Shown: positions 28,953 through 40,041, numbered from the stretch's first letter. The stretch: 64,000 nt of DNA from Methanobacteriota archaeon (GCA_020696385.1 JAEHCQ010000006.1:96001-160000); one strand, 5' to 3'. Notes: a model not told the origin generated them from the letters alone. Program-made: numbers and translations.

Positions 28953-28994
28953 ATTCATGTTGATGCCAGGCCTCAGTGTGGTGGTGTGTTTCCA

Positions 28995-30449
28995 TTATCC
29001 TTTCATAACACCCATCGGCACCAGTTTAGCAACCAGTTTGGAAATGCCAGCTCCATCCGCGACACCAACAACATCATCAACTGATTTGTAGGCTCCAGGT
29101 GCTTCTTCGGTCAGCACCTGTCCGCTTGCGGCCCTGACATAGATGCCATCCTTTGCCATATCGCTCTTTATTTGATCTGGATTGAAGGAGTTTATAGCCT
29201 TCTTTCTGGACATCATACGTCCCGCACCGTGGCATGTTGACCCAAAGGTCTCTTCCATCGCGGTCTGGGTGCCTGCAAGCACATAGCTCGCAGTTCCCAT
29301 CGTGCCAGGTATCAGAACTGGCTGTCCCACATCGCTGTATACATTTGGAATATCACTCATGCCAGGCCCAAATGATCTTGTGGCTCCTTTGCGGTGCACC
29401 ATGACCTTCCTGCGCTTTCCATCCACAATGTGTTCTTCTTTCTTCGCGATATTGTGGCATACATCGTAGACGAGCTTCATGTCCATATCTTCTGCCTTCT
29501 GCTTCATCACATTCTCGAATGACTCACGCACCCAGTGAAGGATCATCTGGCGGTTGGCCCATGCATAATTTGCTCCACTGGCCATAGCACCGTAATAATT
29601 CTGTGACACCTTGGATGATATTGGAGCACATGCAAGTTGTCTGTCTGGCAGGGATATGTTGAATTGCTTGATGGCGGATTCCATTTCGCGGAGGTAATCC
29701 GTTGCTATCTGATGGCCAGCACCTCTAGAGCCCGTGTGTATCATGACCGTGATCTGGCCTTCGCCAGTGATCCCGAAGGCCTTGGCAGCTTCCTGATCAT
29801 ATATCTCTTCCACTTTCTGTATCTCCAGAAAGTGATTGCCAGCACCCAGGCTTCCCAATTGTGGGGCTCCTCTTTTCTTCGCTTTGTCGCTGACCTTGGA
29901 AGAATCTGCGGCTCCCATGTTTCCATTTTCTTCTGTAAATTCGAGGTCAGATTCCCAACCATATCCATTCTTTACAGCCCATTCGGATCCATTGTCCAGA
30001 ACATCTGAAAGTTCATTTGGTGATAGTTTCACCTTGCCTTTTGATCCCAGGCCAGATGGCACATTATGGAATATTTCATCAACAAGGTTTCTGACCTTCG
30101 GTCTGACTTCCGCCTCGGTCATATTGGTCCTGACCAGCCTAACACCGCAATTGATATCGAACCCAACTCCTCCTGGAGAAATTACGCCTTCATCGATATC
30201 TGTAGCGGCCACACCACCAATTGGGAATCCATATCCCCAGTGGATATCTGGCATTGCCAAGGACTTGCCGACAATGCCTGGCAGAGCAGCTACATTGGCA
30301 ACCTGTTCTGGAGCATTGTCCTGCTTCACCAGTTCAATTAAATTGTCATCTGCATATATGATACCAGAGGTGTTCATCTCCTGTTTGTGAGTTTGCGGTA
30401 TCTCGTATCTGAAGTCATCTATCTTTTTCAGTTCGCCTTGCCATTTCAT
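28995..30449 (-). CDS. rtcB: tRNA-splicing/RNA repair ligase RtcB
   Basis: MPDIHWGYGFPIGGV, GFDINCG, GNHFLE, HTGSRG, HNIAK, HRKGAT and STCHGAGR. No intein. Start at ATG 30449 after GAGGTGA. Confidence 0.97.
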   Translation of the reverse strand: MKWQGELKKIDDFRYEIPQTHKQEMNTSGIIYADDNLIELVKQDNAPEQVANVAALPGIVGKSLAMPDIHWGYGFPIGGVAATDIDEGVISPGGVGFDINCGVRLVRTNMTEAEVRPKVRNLVDEIFHNVPSGLGSKGKVKLSPNELSDVLDNGSEWAVKNGYGWESDLEFTEENGNMGAADSSKVSDKAKKRGAPQLGSLGAGNHFLEIQKVEEIYDQEAAKAFGITGEGQITVMIHTGSRGAGHQIATDYLREMESAIKQFNISLPDRQLACAPISSKVSQNYYGAMASGANYAWANRQMILHWVRESFENVMKQKAEDMDMKLVYDVCHNIAKKEEHIVDGKRRKVMVHRKGATRSFGPGMSDIPNVYSDVGQPVLIPGTMGTASYVLAGTQTAMEETFGSTCHGAGRMMSRKKAINSFNPDQIKSDMAKDGIYVRAASGQVLTEEAPGAYKSVDDVVGVADGAGISKLVAKLVPMGVMKG

Positions 30450-30547
30450 TATCTCACCTCTGGTCGCACATGCATACACACATGCAATTACTATCTCTGA
30501 TATTACATCATGTACTTAAGATTGATACCTGGAAAACGATAAATTAG

Positions 30548-30770
30548 TGAGGGCTCCCAACCCTAAAGGGTGGGGCATCCCACGCTATTTTCTGAGAGAA
30601 CAGCGAGAGGATTGAGCCCTTACTGAAGCAAACACCAAATTGTGTTTGCTCTTCTAATTGCGCTTATGCACAATTAGAAAATTCGCACCATTGCCTACAA
30701 TTTAATGAACATCGCCTTTCATCCGTAAGCCTAAAGGCTACGGCATTCAGGCGTGGTACGAATTCAGTAA
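30548..30770 (+). repeat. Structured intergenic element, family CD, copy D (IS200/IS605-end-like CTAAAG hairpins)
   Basis: Same frame as 25868-25985. Contains ACCCTAAAGGGT and CCGTAAGCCTAAAGGCTACGG hairpins plus two further stems. Confidence 0.7.
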
Positions 30771-30785
30771 AACTGGCTCAGTTCA

Positions 30786-32084
30786 TCAGATAATTTTCTC
30801 CCACTTGAACAGATCGAGGACCTGTGAGAGCGTGCTACCACGTTTTATCTCTTCTCTAACACGATTCTCTCTCTCAAATACATCCAGTGCCCGGTTGGCT
30901 ATCTCGACTGCAACATGCTTTGGAATGACGACAATACCTGTTTCATCACCCACTATCCAGTCGCCAGTTCTTACCTTCTGACCACCACAAACAATGTCAA
31001 TTCCAATCTCGCCATGTCCTTTTGGCTCGCCTGCACATGGTCGTAGATGTCTGGCAAAAGCAGGGAAATCCATATTCTGGATCTCGTCAATGTCTCGAAT
31101 TGCTCCATCAATGACCACTCCTGAAAGCTTTCTCTGTTTACAACTCCATGATGCCAATTCTCCCCAGACAGCTATCTTTCCACTTCCTGCATCGATCACA
31201 AGAACATCGCCTTCATTTGCTCCGTCAATGGCCTCAACTGGCTTTGCCCAATCACCGTCAATGGTCCTGACGGTGAAGGCTCTTCCGATCATCTTTCCAT
31301 TCCTCTTGATATATGGCTTGATGTTGACCATGGCTCCTTCTTTGTGCATGGCATCTGATATGTTAGGCGTGGATACCTTTTCCAGTGCCTCCCTTATGCT
31401 CTCCGCACTGTATTTCTTGAAAAGATCTGTACTGACTGGTATCATCTCATCAATGGCCTTCTGAATGTCTGCAGTTGCCTTTGTTACATCATTCGCTTTG
31501 ATGATCGCTCCTCCGACAATGATGATCGAAGCACCATTGGCGATGGCTGTTGACGCGGTCTCTGAATTTATCCCGCCTGCAACCGCGATAGGTAATTTCG
31601 TGATCTGATAAAGCATCTTGACAAGATCAAATGGTTCTCCGCCAGTCATTTGATGATCAATGCTCGCGTGCACGCAGAGAATGTGCACGCCGAAGCCTTC
31701 CAGCTGTCTAACACGCTCCTCCATATTGTCCACGTTCATCAGGTCCGCCATTACAAGTGAACCGTACTGGCTGGCAGATTTTACAGCTTCCGTGATAGTC
31801 CCGTCATCTGACAATCCCATGATTGCCACGACATCCGCGCCAGAGCGTGTGGCCATCTCGACCTCCACTCCGCCGACATCCATCGTCTTCATATCCGCGA
31901 CGATGGTCTTGTCCGGGAACTCGGCTTTTAATCTTCTAATAATATTCATGCCCTCGCTCTTTATCAGGGGAGTTCCAGCTTCTATCCAATCGGCTCCGCC
32001 TGCAACGGCTTCCCTGGCTATCTGTATCGCGCGATCTCCTTGAATAAGGTCCAGGGCTACCTGGAGCTTGACCTTTGATGTCAT
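30786..32084 (-). CDS. hxlA: 3-hexulose-6-phosphate synthase fused to an RraA/HMG-aldolase-like domain
   Basis: LQVALD, WIEAGTPLIKSEG, ADMKTMD and AVAGGI (HPS). STPNISDAM, AVWGEL, DGAIRD and GDWIVGDETG (RraA). Start at ATG 32084. Confidence 0.93.
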   Translation of the reverse strand: MTSKVKLQVALDLIQGDRAIQIAREAVAGGADWIEAGTPLIKSEGMNIIRRLKAEFPDKTIVADMKTMDVGGVEVEMATRSGADVVAIMGLSDDGTITEAVKSASQYGSLVMADLMNVDNMEERVRQLEGFGVHILCVHASIDHQMTGGEPFDLVKMLYQITKLPIAVAGGINSETASTAIANGASIIIVGGAIIKANDVTKATADIQKAIDEMIPVSTDLFKKYSAESIREALEKVSTPNISDAMHKEGAMVNIKPYIKRNGKMIGRAFTVRTIDGDWAKPVEAIDGANEGDVLVIDAGSGKIAVWGELASWSCKQRKLSGVVIDGAIRDIDEIQNMDFPAFARHLRPCAGEPKGHGEIGIDIVCGGQKVRTGDWIVGDETGIVVIPKHVAVEIANRALDVFERENRVREEIKRGSTLSQVLDLFKWEKII

Positions 32085-32214
32085 TGATAACATGTAGAGA
32101 AGATGAGAGATAAAAGTTTTGCGTAGTATCTCAATAACCAAATTCCTGCATAAACAATATATGAAAGATTGGATATAGCGGCTTCCAGAGACCAATAATA
32201 ACACAGGTGATACA

Positions 32215-33621
32215 ATGACCTTGATGGTTCAAAACACACTATCCGGCAAGCTAGAAGAATTCGTACCAGTTAGAGAAGACCAGGTCGGCATGTACGTATG
32301 TGGTATCAACACATACGATGACTCCCACATGGGGCATGCGAAGGCCGCGGTGACCTTCGATATTATCCGAAGGCATGTGGAAAAGAAGGGCTACAATGTG
32401 AAATATGTTATCAATTTCACAGATATCGAGGATCACTGTATCGAGAGGGCGATCAAACTCGACTGGCCCTTGGATAAGCTTACCGATAAATACATTGCCG
32501 AATACCACAAGGACATGTCCGCCCTGGGTGTGAGAAAGGCAGATGTATATCCTGTAGCCAGCCATCACATGGGGGACATAATCGATGCCATTCAAAAACT
32601 GATAGACAAGGGTATGGCCTATGAATCCGGCGGGGATGTTTATTTCAGAGTTGCAAAGGTCAAGAACTACGGCGTGCTATCCAAGCAAAAGCTTGAAGAC
32701 ATGCAGGCCGGAGCCCGTATCGATATTGATGAAAAGAAAGAAAATCCAATGGACTTCACGCTCTGGAAAGTGAAGAAGGAAAATGAGCCATTTTGGAGCT
32801 CTCCATGGAGCGAGGGAAGACCCGGCTGGCATATCGAGTGCTCGGTGATGTCGATGAAGTATCTTGGCGAGACCTTCGACCTTCATGGCGGAGGGACCGA
32901 ACTGGTATTTCCACATCATGAAAATGAGATCCTGCAATCCGAGGCATTGTCCAGCAAGCCATTTGTCAAATATTGGCTTCATGGTGGTCTGATGAACGTG
33001 GGCAGTGAGAAGATGTCCAAGTCCCTCAATAATTTCTTCACCATCAAGGATGTGCTGAAGGAGTTCGATCCGCTTGTTGTTCGATTTTTCCTGCTGAACA
33101 CCCATTACAAAAAGCCGATAGATTTCAATGATACTGCCCTGGAAGAAGCAAAGCGCTCTCTTAGCAGGCTCCAGAACACACTGGACAATACCAGGAACGC
33201 ACTTGCAAAGGCCGATGATACGATAACTGATGGCCTGGTAGGTATTGCCGAGCAAGCGATCAAGAACTTCGACAAGGCCATGGACAATGATTTCAATTCC
33301 AGGGATGCAATCGCATCCATGTTCGATTTTGCAAAAGAGGTAAACAAATATCTCGAATCCACTTCAATAAGCAAGAACAGCATCGAAGCAATATTGAGAA
33401 GCTTCGATGAATTCGACGACCGCCTCACGATCTTCAGAGAATCCTCTGGAGGACTGGACAATGAACTGGTCGATGATCTCATGCAGGTGCTTATCGATAT
33501 CCGCAAGGATGCGAGGGCCAGTAAGAACTTTGAATTATCTGATAAGATAAGGGATAAGCTGAAGGAACTGGGCATCACCATCGAGGATACTGCCGATGGT
33601 GTTAAGTGGAAAATGTCCTAA
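32215..33621 (+). CDS. cysS: Cysteine--tRNA ligase
   Basis: YVCG, HMGH (HIGH), DFTLWK, GRPGWHIECS, FPHHENE and KMSKS. Confidence 0.97.
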   Translation: MTLMVQNTLSGKLEEFVPVREDQVGMYVCGINTYDDSHMGHAKAAVTFDIIRRHVEKKGYNVKYVINFTDIEDHCIERAIKLDWPLDKLTDKYIAEYHKDMSALGVRKADVYPVASHHMGDIIDAIQKLIDKGMAYESGGDVYFRVAKVKNYGVLSKQKLEDMQAGARIDIDEKKENPMDFTLWKVKKENEPFWSSPWSEGRPGWHIECSVMSMKYLGETFDLHGGGTELVFPHHENEILQSEALSSKPFVKYWLHGGLMNVGSEKMSKSLNNFFTIKDVLKEFDPLVVRFFLLNTHYKKPIDFNDTALEEAKRSLSRLQNTLDNTRNALAKADDTITDGLVGIAEQAIKNFDKAMDNDFNSRDAIASMFDFAKEVNKYLESTSISKNSIEAILRSFDEFDDRLTIFRESSGGLDNELVDDLMQVLIDIRKDARASKNFELSDKIRDKLKELGITIEDTADGVKWKMS

Positions 33622-33688
33622 ATATTGATATCTACATTACTGTAAAATATTATAGTGTCTGTTATTACATAGTATAGACTGGGTTAGT

Positions 33689-34759
33689 TTATACTCCTTC
33701 GCTTTCGTATTTTCTTACCAGCCTGCGCAAAACTTCAACGCTGAAGCTCTCTTCCTCGAAGGGCTGCTTCCTCATCCTGTGGGGTAGAGCCATTTCCGCG
33801 GCCACGATAACATCGTCCGCAGTGGATTCCAGATGGCCTTCAAGAGCGGCATTGGTCCTCGCTGTCTTCTCAATTATTATATCGCCTCTGTGGCCATCTA
33901 TATTGAAATCAATTCCCAGTCTTGTGATTATCGAGAGTATGTGGTCAGGAGTGGTTACGTTGGCAAGAATTTCCCTCGCTTCCACTATGGTCTTCTTCAA
34001 TTCCTCTATATCGTCCTTGAATTCTTCTCTGAAAAGCCATGGATCACTGGCAAAGGCCTTTGTCTTTTTGATTATCTCCACCCTCTGCTCGACATTGTCA
34101 ATGCCCTTTACCTCTGCCTGAAGTGCCAGACGGTCAAGCAACTGTGGTCTCAATTCTCCTTCTTCAGGGTTCATACTTCCGATAAGAATGAACTTGGATG
34201 GGAAGTTAAGACTTATTCCCTCTCTCTCAACGGTAACAACGCCCATTGCTGCTGCATCCAGAAGCACATCGACTATATTGTCCTCAAGTAGATTTATCTC
34301 ATCCACATACAGGATGCCTCTGTGAGCCTCTGCGAGTATTCCCGGTTCAAAGGCCTTAACACCCTGTGACAGAACTTTTTCGATGTCTATGCTGCCTACA
34401 AGCCGGTCCTCCGTGATATTAAGCGGAAGATCTACCACATTGATCGGAACCCAAGTCTCTTGGATTTCTCCTTTTTCATGCTTGGCCTTACATTCAGTAC
34501 AGTATTTTTCAGGATCCTTTGGGTGACAATTCAATTTGCACCCATCCACGATCAAGATCTCCGGGAGAATATCCAATAAAGCTCTAACAGCGATGGATTT
34601 GGCCGTGCCTTTTTCGCCCCTGATCAATACACCGCCCACATTTGGATTGATGATATTCAGCAAAAGGGCTTTTTTCAAAACTTCCTGGCCAACTATGCCA
34701 TTGAATGGGTATACAACCCTTTTCGGTTGAGCTTTGGATCCACTTTGTTCAGTATCCAT
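33689..34759 (-). CDS. ChlI/BchI-type AAA+ ATPase (soluble)
   Basis: [68 protein letters not shown] and ALPHR. Confidence 0.92.
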   Translation of the reverse strand: MDTEQSGSKAQPKRVVYPFNGIVGQEVLKKALLLNIINPNVGGVLIRGEKGTAKSIAVRALLDILPEILIVDGCKLNCHPKDPEKYCTECKAKHEKGEIQETWVPINVVDLPLNITEDRLVGSIDIEKVLSQGVKAFEPGILAEAHRGILYVDEINLLEDNIVDVLLDAAAMGVVTVEREGISLNFPSKFILIGSMNPEEGELRPQLLDRLALQAEVKGIDNVEQRVEIIKKTKAFASDPWLFREEFKDDIEELKKTIVEAREILANVTTPDHILSIITRLGIDFNIDGHRGDIIIEKTARTNAALEGHLESTADDVIVAAEMALPHRMRKQPFEEESFSVEVLRRLVRKYESEGV

Positions 34760-34772
34760 TTTGCACACCCGC

Positions 34773-37700
34773 TTATTCTAGATCGGCTTCCCTCTTATCA
34801 ATAAGCCTTCTTAGCATTTCTTCACTGAATTCTTCATCATCTTCGAATGCCCTTCTCTTCATCCTGTGTGGCAGGGCCATTGAGGCAGCTACGATAATAT
34901 CTTCTGTGGATGTTTCCATTCTACCTTCAAAGGCCGCGTTTGCACGTGCCGCCCTCTCTATTATGATATCCGCTCTGTGGCCATCGACATTGAAGTCCAT
35001 GCACACCTGAGCAATTAGCTTGAACATCCTTTCTGGAGTGGTCACCTTGGATAGAAGTCCATTCGCTCTTTCTATCTTATCGACCAGTTCTTTCCTCGAT
35101 GCCTCGAACTTCTCCCTGAATTTCAATGGTTCCGAGGTGAACTCTTCACGACGTCTCACAATATCTATCCTCTTACCAACATCTTTGATACCGATAACAT
35201 CAGTCTGTAAAGCGATCCTGTCCAATATCTGTGGTCTCAATTCACCTTCTTCAGGGTTCATACTTCCCACGATCAAGAACCTTGATGGATGGCTCAGACT
35301 GATTCCTTCTCTTTCAATAGTGACAATGCCAGAACCTGCTGCATCAAGTAAAATATCAACTATATAATCATCCAGCAGGTTTATCTCATCAACATACAGG
35401 ACACCTCTATGAGCCTCGGCAAGTATGCCCGGCTCGAAGGATTTCACACCTTCTGTAAGAACTTTCTCGATGTCTATACTTCCAACGAGACGATCTTCAG
35501 TAACATTCAATGGCAGATCAACGACCTGGACCTGTCTCGTGTGGACCTTTAAATTACCTGCCTTGTGTCTGGCCGCACATTCTGTACAGAATTTATCTTC
35601 TTCCTTTGGATCGCAATTGAACTTACATCCTGTGACCTCGATATCTGGAAGGATCTCAGATAGCCCTCTGACCGAAACAGATTTTCCGGTTCCTTTCTGT
35701 CCTCTGATTAGAACCCCGCCGATCTCGGGATAAATTGCATTGAGAGTAAGTGCGCTCTTCATCTTTTCCTGGCCAACCATGGCGGTGAATGGGAATAGAA
35801 CACGCTTCTGCTTACCTCTGTCAAGCATCTTGTTTGCAGCCTCTTTAAGCTTCAGCTTGTCTTCCTCATCCATTCTGTGTCTCATCTGACTTTCCAGCTC
35901 AGTTCGGAGATTCATCATCTCCTGCTCTTTCATTCTTAATTTTTCTCTATTGTCATCGAGCAGGTTCTTCTGAATGTCCAGTTCACTTCTTGAATGGATC
36001 AGTTCCTCTTCCTTCATCTTGAGCTTCTCTTCCTCCTCCATCATCATGTCATCCGCACGTTTCTCCAGCTCTGTCTGGATGAGACTTTCCATCTCTTCTT
36101 CCTTCATACGTAGCTTTTCTTCCTCTTCAGCCATGTGCTGGGTCTTGAGCTCCAATTCTGAACGTATGGCAGAGACCTCTTCCTCCTTCATTCGGAGTTT
36201 CTCTTCTTCCATCTGGATCTGGTCTGAAAGTGATTCTAATTCTGTCTTGATCTCATTGATCTCTTCATCCTTGAGGCGTAATTTCTCTTCCTCTTCCTGG
36301 ATCATCTGTTCATAATTTTCTTCCAGCTTCTGCTGTATCTCCTCAATTTCCTCTTCCTTTTCTAGATAAAGTTCAAGCTCATCTCTTGAATTATCTGCAA
36401 GGACATCTGGGTATTTGAAAAAGATCAGGTAGAAATCAAGGATAATTACCATAATAAGAATGATGAGAGTTATCGTTATAAGGATCAAGTCACCTTGAAG
36501 GAATTGGGAGCTATAGGCCACATCCATACCAAGACCAATGGCCATGAGGCTTGATGGGATCAGTGATATTACGAGATTGGCCTTTCGATCCCAGAAATGA
36601 AGTATGGCGGAGCTCATTGATAATAACATGGCGAGAAGTAGGATCGATATGCTTGAGATATTACCAAAGGTCGGAACAAGGCTGAATGATACGGACGGTA
36701 CTCCCGTATCATTAATCATATTGGTCACTATAAGTATGAATTCGACCAGAACGAATATGGCAAGGAATATGTAGAAAAATAATGTTATCAAACTCATATT
36801 GTAATAATTGAAGAAACCGTCCTTCTTCTTTTCTTCATCAAGTATCTCATCGATCTCTTTCTTCTTTTTTCGATCCCTGATCTTTGCCTCTATCTTGTCT
36901 TTTTTCATCTCGGCCTTTGGATCATATTCATCTTCAAGTCCATCAGAGTCGGGATCTGCATCCATATCTTCTGGATCGTCAATGTCGCCAGCTTTCTTTT
37001 TGCCTTTCTTACCCCATCTGGATGCCTTTTTCTCTTTTGCTTTTGTATCTTCTTTTGGTTCTTCATCCACTTCTATTTGATCGTCATCTGGTGTTTCTTC
37101 CACTTCCTCGTCTGAGACTGTTTCATCTTCAACACCGTCCTCTTCAACAACATCTTCAGTGGTCTCTTCTTCGACCTCTTCTTCATCAATAGTATCTGGC
37201 TCAAATGTTGTAAGGTCTGTATAACAATTAGAACATATCTCGGCTGTTTTATCGATGCCCTTTGCACATGATGGGCATCTCTTTGAATGGGTTAGGTCAT
37301 AGTCACAGATCGGGCACTTTTCACTGTCTGTGTTGATAACATCATCACACGATGGACAGAGCATCTGATCATCCTCTATTATGATTTCCTCGATCTCCTC
37401 ATCTGGATCACTGTCCTCTTCTTCTATGATCTCTTCTTCCTCTTCCACAACCTCATCTTCGGTTATGTCCATTTCCTGGCCAGGATCATCATCATCTGTT
37501 TCATCATCCTCATCAACTGTTAAGGACTCATCTGGAGAATCTCCTCCGATCGTTCCAAGATCCCATTCGCCAGAGCTCTCATCTGATTCTTCTGATGCAA
37601 CCTCTTCTTCCTCTGGGTTTTCTTCGATCTCTTCATCTCCAAGATCAAGGTCTAGCTCTTCTATGGTTGAATCTACATCATCATCAAGATCCAGATCACT

Positions 37701-37847
37701 TAGATCAAGGCTGTTAGAATTATCTTGCTCTTCTTCTATGATCTCTTCTTCTTCATCAACAGGCGGCAGGTCAGCTCCACAATTGCTACATTCGGTTGTC
37801 GAATCGTCGTATGTCAGTGCTTGGCACATGAGGCATATTCTATCCAT
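34773..37847 (-). CDS. Membrane-anchored ChlI-type AAA+ ATPase with zinc ribbons, acidic tracts, 4 TM and coiled coil
   Basis: Six CxxC motifs (three ribbons), D/E-rich tracts, four hydrophobic segments, [11 protein letters not shown] repeats and a C-terminal AAA+ with GQKGTGKS and LYVDEINLL. Confidence 0.88.
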   Translation of the reverse strand: MDRICLMCQALTYDDSTTECSNCGADLPPVDEEEEIIEEEQDNSNSLDLSDLDLDDDVDSTIEELDLDLGDEEIEENPEEEEVASEESDESSGEWDLGTIGGDSPDESLTVDEDDETDDDDPGQEMDITEDEVVEEEEEIIEEEDSDPDEEIEEIIIEDDQMLCPSCDDVINTDSEKCPICDYDLTHSKRCPSCAKGIDKTAEICSNCYTDLTTFEPDTIDEEEVEEETTEDVVEEDGVEDETVSDEEVEETPDDDQIEVDEEPKEDTKAKEKKASRWGKKGKKKAGDIDDPEDMDADPDSDGLEDEYDPKAEMKKDKIEAKIRDRKKKKEIDEILDEEKKKDGFFNYYNMSLITLFFYIFLAIFVLVEFILIVTNMINDTGVPSVSFSLVPTFGNISSISILLLAMLLSMSSAILHFWDRKANLVISLIPSSLMAIGLGMDVAYSSQFLQGDLILITITLIILIMVIILDFYLIFFKYPDVLADNSRDELELYLEKEEEIEEIQQKLEENYEQMIQEEEEKLRLKDEEINEIKTELESLSDQIQMEEEKLRMKEEEVSAIRSELELKTQHMAEEEEKLRMKEEEMESLIQTELEKRADDMMMEEEEKLKMKEEELIHSRSELDIQKNLLDDNREKLRMKEQEMMNLRTELESQMRHRMDEEDKLKLKEAANKMLDRGKQKRVLFPFTAMVGQEKMKSALTLNAIYPEIGGVLIRGQKGTGKSVSVRGLSEILPDIEVTGCKFNCDPKEEDKFCTECAARHKAGNLKVHTRQVQVVDLPLNVTEDRLVGSIDIEKVLTEGVKSFEPGILAEAHRGVLYVDEINLLDDYIVDILLDAAGSGIVTIEREGISLSHPSRFLIVGSMNPEEGELRPQILDRIALQTDVIGIKDVGKRIDIVRRREEFTSEPLKFREKFEASRKELVDKIERANGLLSKVTTPERMFKLIAQVCMDFNVDGHRADIIIERAARANAAFEGRMETSTEDIIVAASMALPHRMKRRAFEDDEEFSEEMLRRLIDKREADLE

Positions 37848-37863
37848 TTTTAACCTACCATTC

Positions 37864-38544
37864 TTATTTTCCTGTTTCTATCAATTTTGCTAATTTATTA
37901 CTGTTCAATCGCCTGTATACGATAAAGCCAGCTCCGAGCAATGCAGCCATGAATGAGATACCTATTGGCACGTTCACATCCTCGTCGAAATATGGTGGGA
38001 TCTCATAATCTGCCGAGAACGGCCCCTGATAACCACATCTGGCCTCTTTCATATCATAGGCATCGATCTTGATGACATCTCCTGAGAATTGGGTTAATGC
38101 AAAGCTAACATTCAGTCCAATGGGGTCAATTGAATTATCCTCCCACTCGCCTATATGATATGGGAGATACACTGAATTATCTTCATCCAGGTAATTCCCG
38201 GTAGTCTCAACCCAATCAATGACAGCAATTCTTGCATTCAAGTCCGTGTACTGCTTATAGGTTATATTGCAGATCTCATGGCCATTTCCATCCAGAACGA
38301 CCAAAGTTATGTTGTAAATGTCACTCCAGCCATTCAGATCCCTCAATGAGATATGAACCATTATTAGACCATTGTGATCATCCACAAATACATCGACCAT
38401 TGAGGGTGGATCATTGGATACACCAATACCACCGGCCTGAGCATCAACAATGTCTGGCAAATAGACAAAAGCAAGGCTGAACACTAACAACAAACTGAAT
38501 ATTTTTCCAATTGTGATTGGATTCATCCTCCTCCCGTTTGACAT
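37864..38544 (-). CDS. Secreted, C-terminally membrane-anchored hypothetical protein
   Basis: Signal peptide (IFSLLLVFSLAFVYL..VDA), beta-rich acidic domain, C-terminal TM followed by RR. Confidence 0.8.
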   Translation of the reverse strand: MSNGRRMNPITIGKIFSLLLVFSLAFVYLPDIVDAQAGGIGVSNDPPSMVDVFVDDHNGLIMVHISLRDLNGWSDIYNITLVVLDGNGHEICNITYKQYTDLNARIAVIDWVETTGNYLDEDNSVYLPYHIGEWEDNSIDPIGLNVSFALTQFSGDVIKIDAYDMKEARCGYQGPFSADYEIPPYFDEDVNVPIGISFMAALLGAGFIVYRRLNSNKLAKLIETGK

Positions 38545-38619
38545 AGATACCCCTCTGAACATTTAAAATCGGGTTTGTATAACATATACTTTATTATATA
38601 TATTAATTATCCATAGAAC

Positions 38620-40041
38620 TCAAACCCATTTTTTCTTCTTTCGTCGCTTGTAGCCTGAACCTCCTTTTTTCTCGGCTTTCTCTTCTTCTTCCTTTCTTTT
38701 TCTTTCTTTCTCTGATTTGTGACCTTGATATGCCATTATCAGGAATGCCAATACAATTCCTACAATGATCAATGATATTGCCAATATGTTCATTGGGCCA
38801 AGTCCGACATCTTCTTCCTCCTCCAGAAAGGTCTTGGCCTTGACCACAATGGTTGTTGTGAATTGGCCGGAGTTTGCGAAATCATCGGTCTCAGCCATGA
38901 AATTAACGTAGGCCAGCATAGATGGCTGACCTCTTGGTGGGGCAATTGAACAATTAATAGTTACAAGCATATGGGTCTCTGTATCTGAAGATACCTGTGC
39001 ATACACTGGCTGTGTTACTTCAATATCATTTTGAAGTATATTGACAAGGGAGAGTTTATCTACCTCTGTAGATAGATGGCTATCCTTTGTTCCAGTTAAG
39101 TAAAGATCGAGCCCCAGCTCATCATTGTAATCTGCGATCAACCTGCTTTTGTATTGGACCACCAAACCAGACATTTGGAAGATATCATATCCGGGTCTAG
39201 CCACCTTGACGATCACATTGAATGCAGATTCTGGTGCAAGTATGAATGATATCATGGTCGGTGTCACCAACATCTTTGGCTCCCCATGTATCCTACCTTT
39301 TACAGTGAATTCTCTTGGACTCCATTTCTCTGCTCTGAATGCTATATGATGAACTCTCTCCTCACCCAGGTGACTTATGCCAGTGGAGTTGGTAGTTGTG
39401 AATAACTCATCATAATCATCATATGATATATCAAAGTCCATAGGAACGTTGCCTGAGTTCTTTGTTGTGAAATAAGTGGTATTCTGTGGATCATCTTGCA
39501 TGTATGAATCGATCGAATCCGTTTGGAAAGGAGACACATTGAAATAGAAATTCGGACCTGAAAATGCTATGCCAGACACTGGTGCTTCCACTATGAAGGT
39601 CTCATTCCATTCTTGAATTGCCTGGTCATCAACGATTATCGAAAGGATCCATTGTCCTGGCGTGGCGTTCCCAATCATACCAAGATAAAAGCAATATGTA
39701 TTTTCATAGACACTGGACAGGTCGGAATTTATGAAATCAGTGTACAAATGATCAGTCCAGATAGAATTATTGTAGGACCAATGATAGTAATTCGTTATAT
39801 CCGTGTTATTATGTTTTATGGAATAGGCGTACACATCAATAGTATTGGCTGGCGAGTTCAATTCAATGGTCAGATTGTGCAAAACACCCGCAACTGTGAT
39901 ATCCATTCCATCACGCTGTCTTAACACCTCTCCCGATATGCGAAGCTCCACCGAATCGACCAGCTGGGCCTCGGCAAATGTTGGAATAATGGATATTAGA
40001 AATAATAGACTCAATATTATAGCCAAAGGTTTCTTGATCAT
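38620..40041 (-). CDS. Secreted, C-terminally membrane-anchored surface protein
   Basis: MIKK plus hydrophobic segment plus AEA signal, sequon-rich beta ectodomain, C-terminal TM and highly charged tail. Start at ATG 40041 after GGTGA. Confidence 0.82.
   Translation of the reverse strand: MIKKPLAIILSLLFLISIIPTFAEAQLVDSVELRISGEVLRQRDGMDITVAGVLHNLTIELNSPANTIDVYAYSIKHNNTDITNYYHWSYNNSIWTDHLYTDFINSDLSSVYENTYCFYLGMIGNATPGQWILSIIVDDQAIQEWNETFIVEAPVSGIAFSGPNFYFNVSPFQTDSIDSYMQDDPQNTTYFTTKNSGNVPMDFDISYDDYDELFTTTNSTGISHLGEERVHHIAFRAEKWSPREFTVKGRIHGEPKMLVTPTMISFILAPESAFNVIVKVARPGYDIFQMSGLVVQYKSRLIADYNDELGLDLYLTGTKDSHLSTEVDKLSLVNILQNDIEVTQPVYAQVSSDTETHMLVTINCSIAPPRGQPSMLAYVNFMAETDDFANSGQFTTTIVVKAKTFLEEEEDVGLGPMNILAISLIIVGIVLAFLIMAYQGHKSEKERKRKEEEEKAEKKGGSGYKRRKKKKWV

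Noticed and set aside
28890-28960. C/D-box sRNA or hammerhead suggested by ATGATGAG
   Set aside because: No CTGA box D at a suitable distance and no CTGATGA...GAAA core.
33689-37847. Magnesium/cobalt chelatase ChlI-ChlD annotation
   Set aside because: Neither protein has a vWA domain and no ChlH/CobN is nearby, so only the AAA+ family call is supported.
35974-37893. Ser-rich plus-strand ORFs
   Set aside because: Antisense reading of the Glu/Asp-rich codons of the 1024-aa gene.
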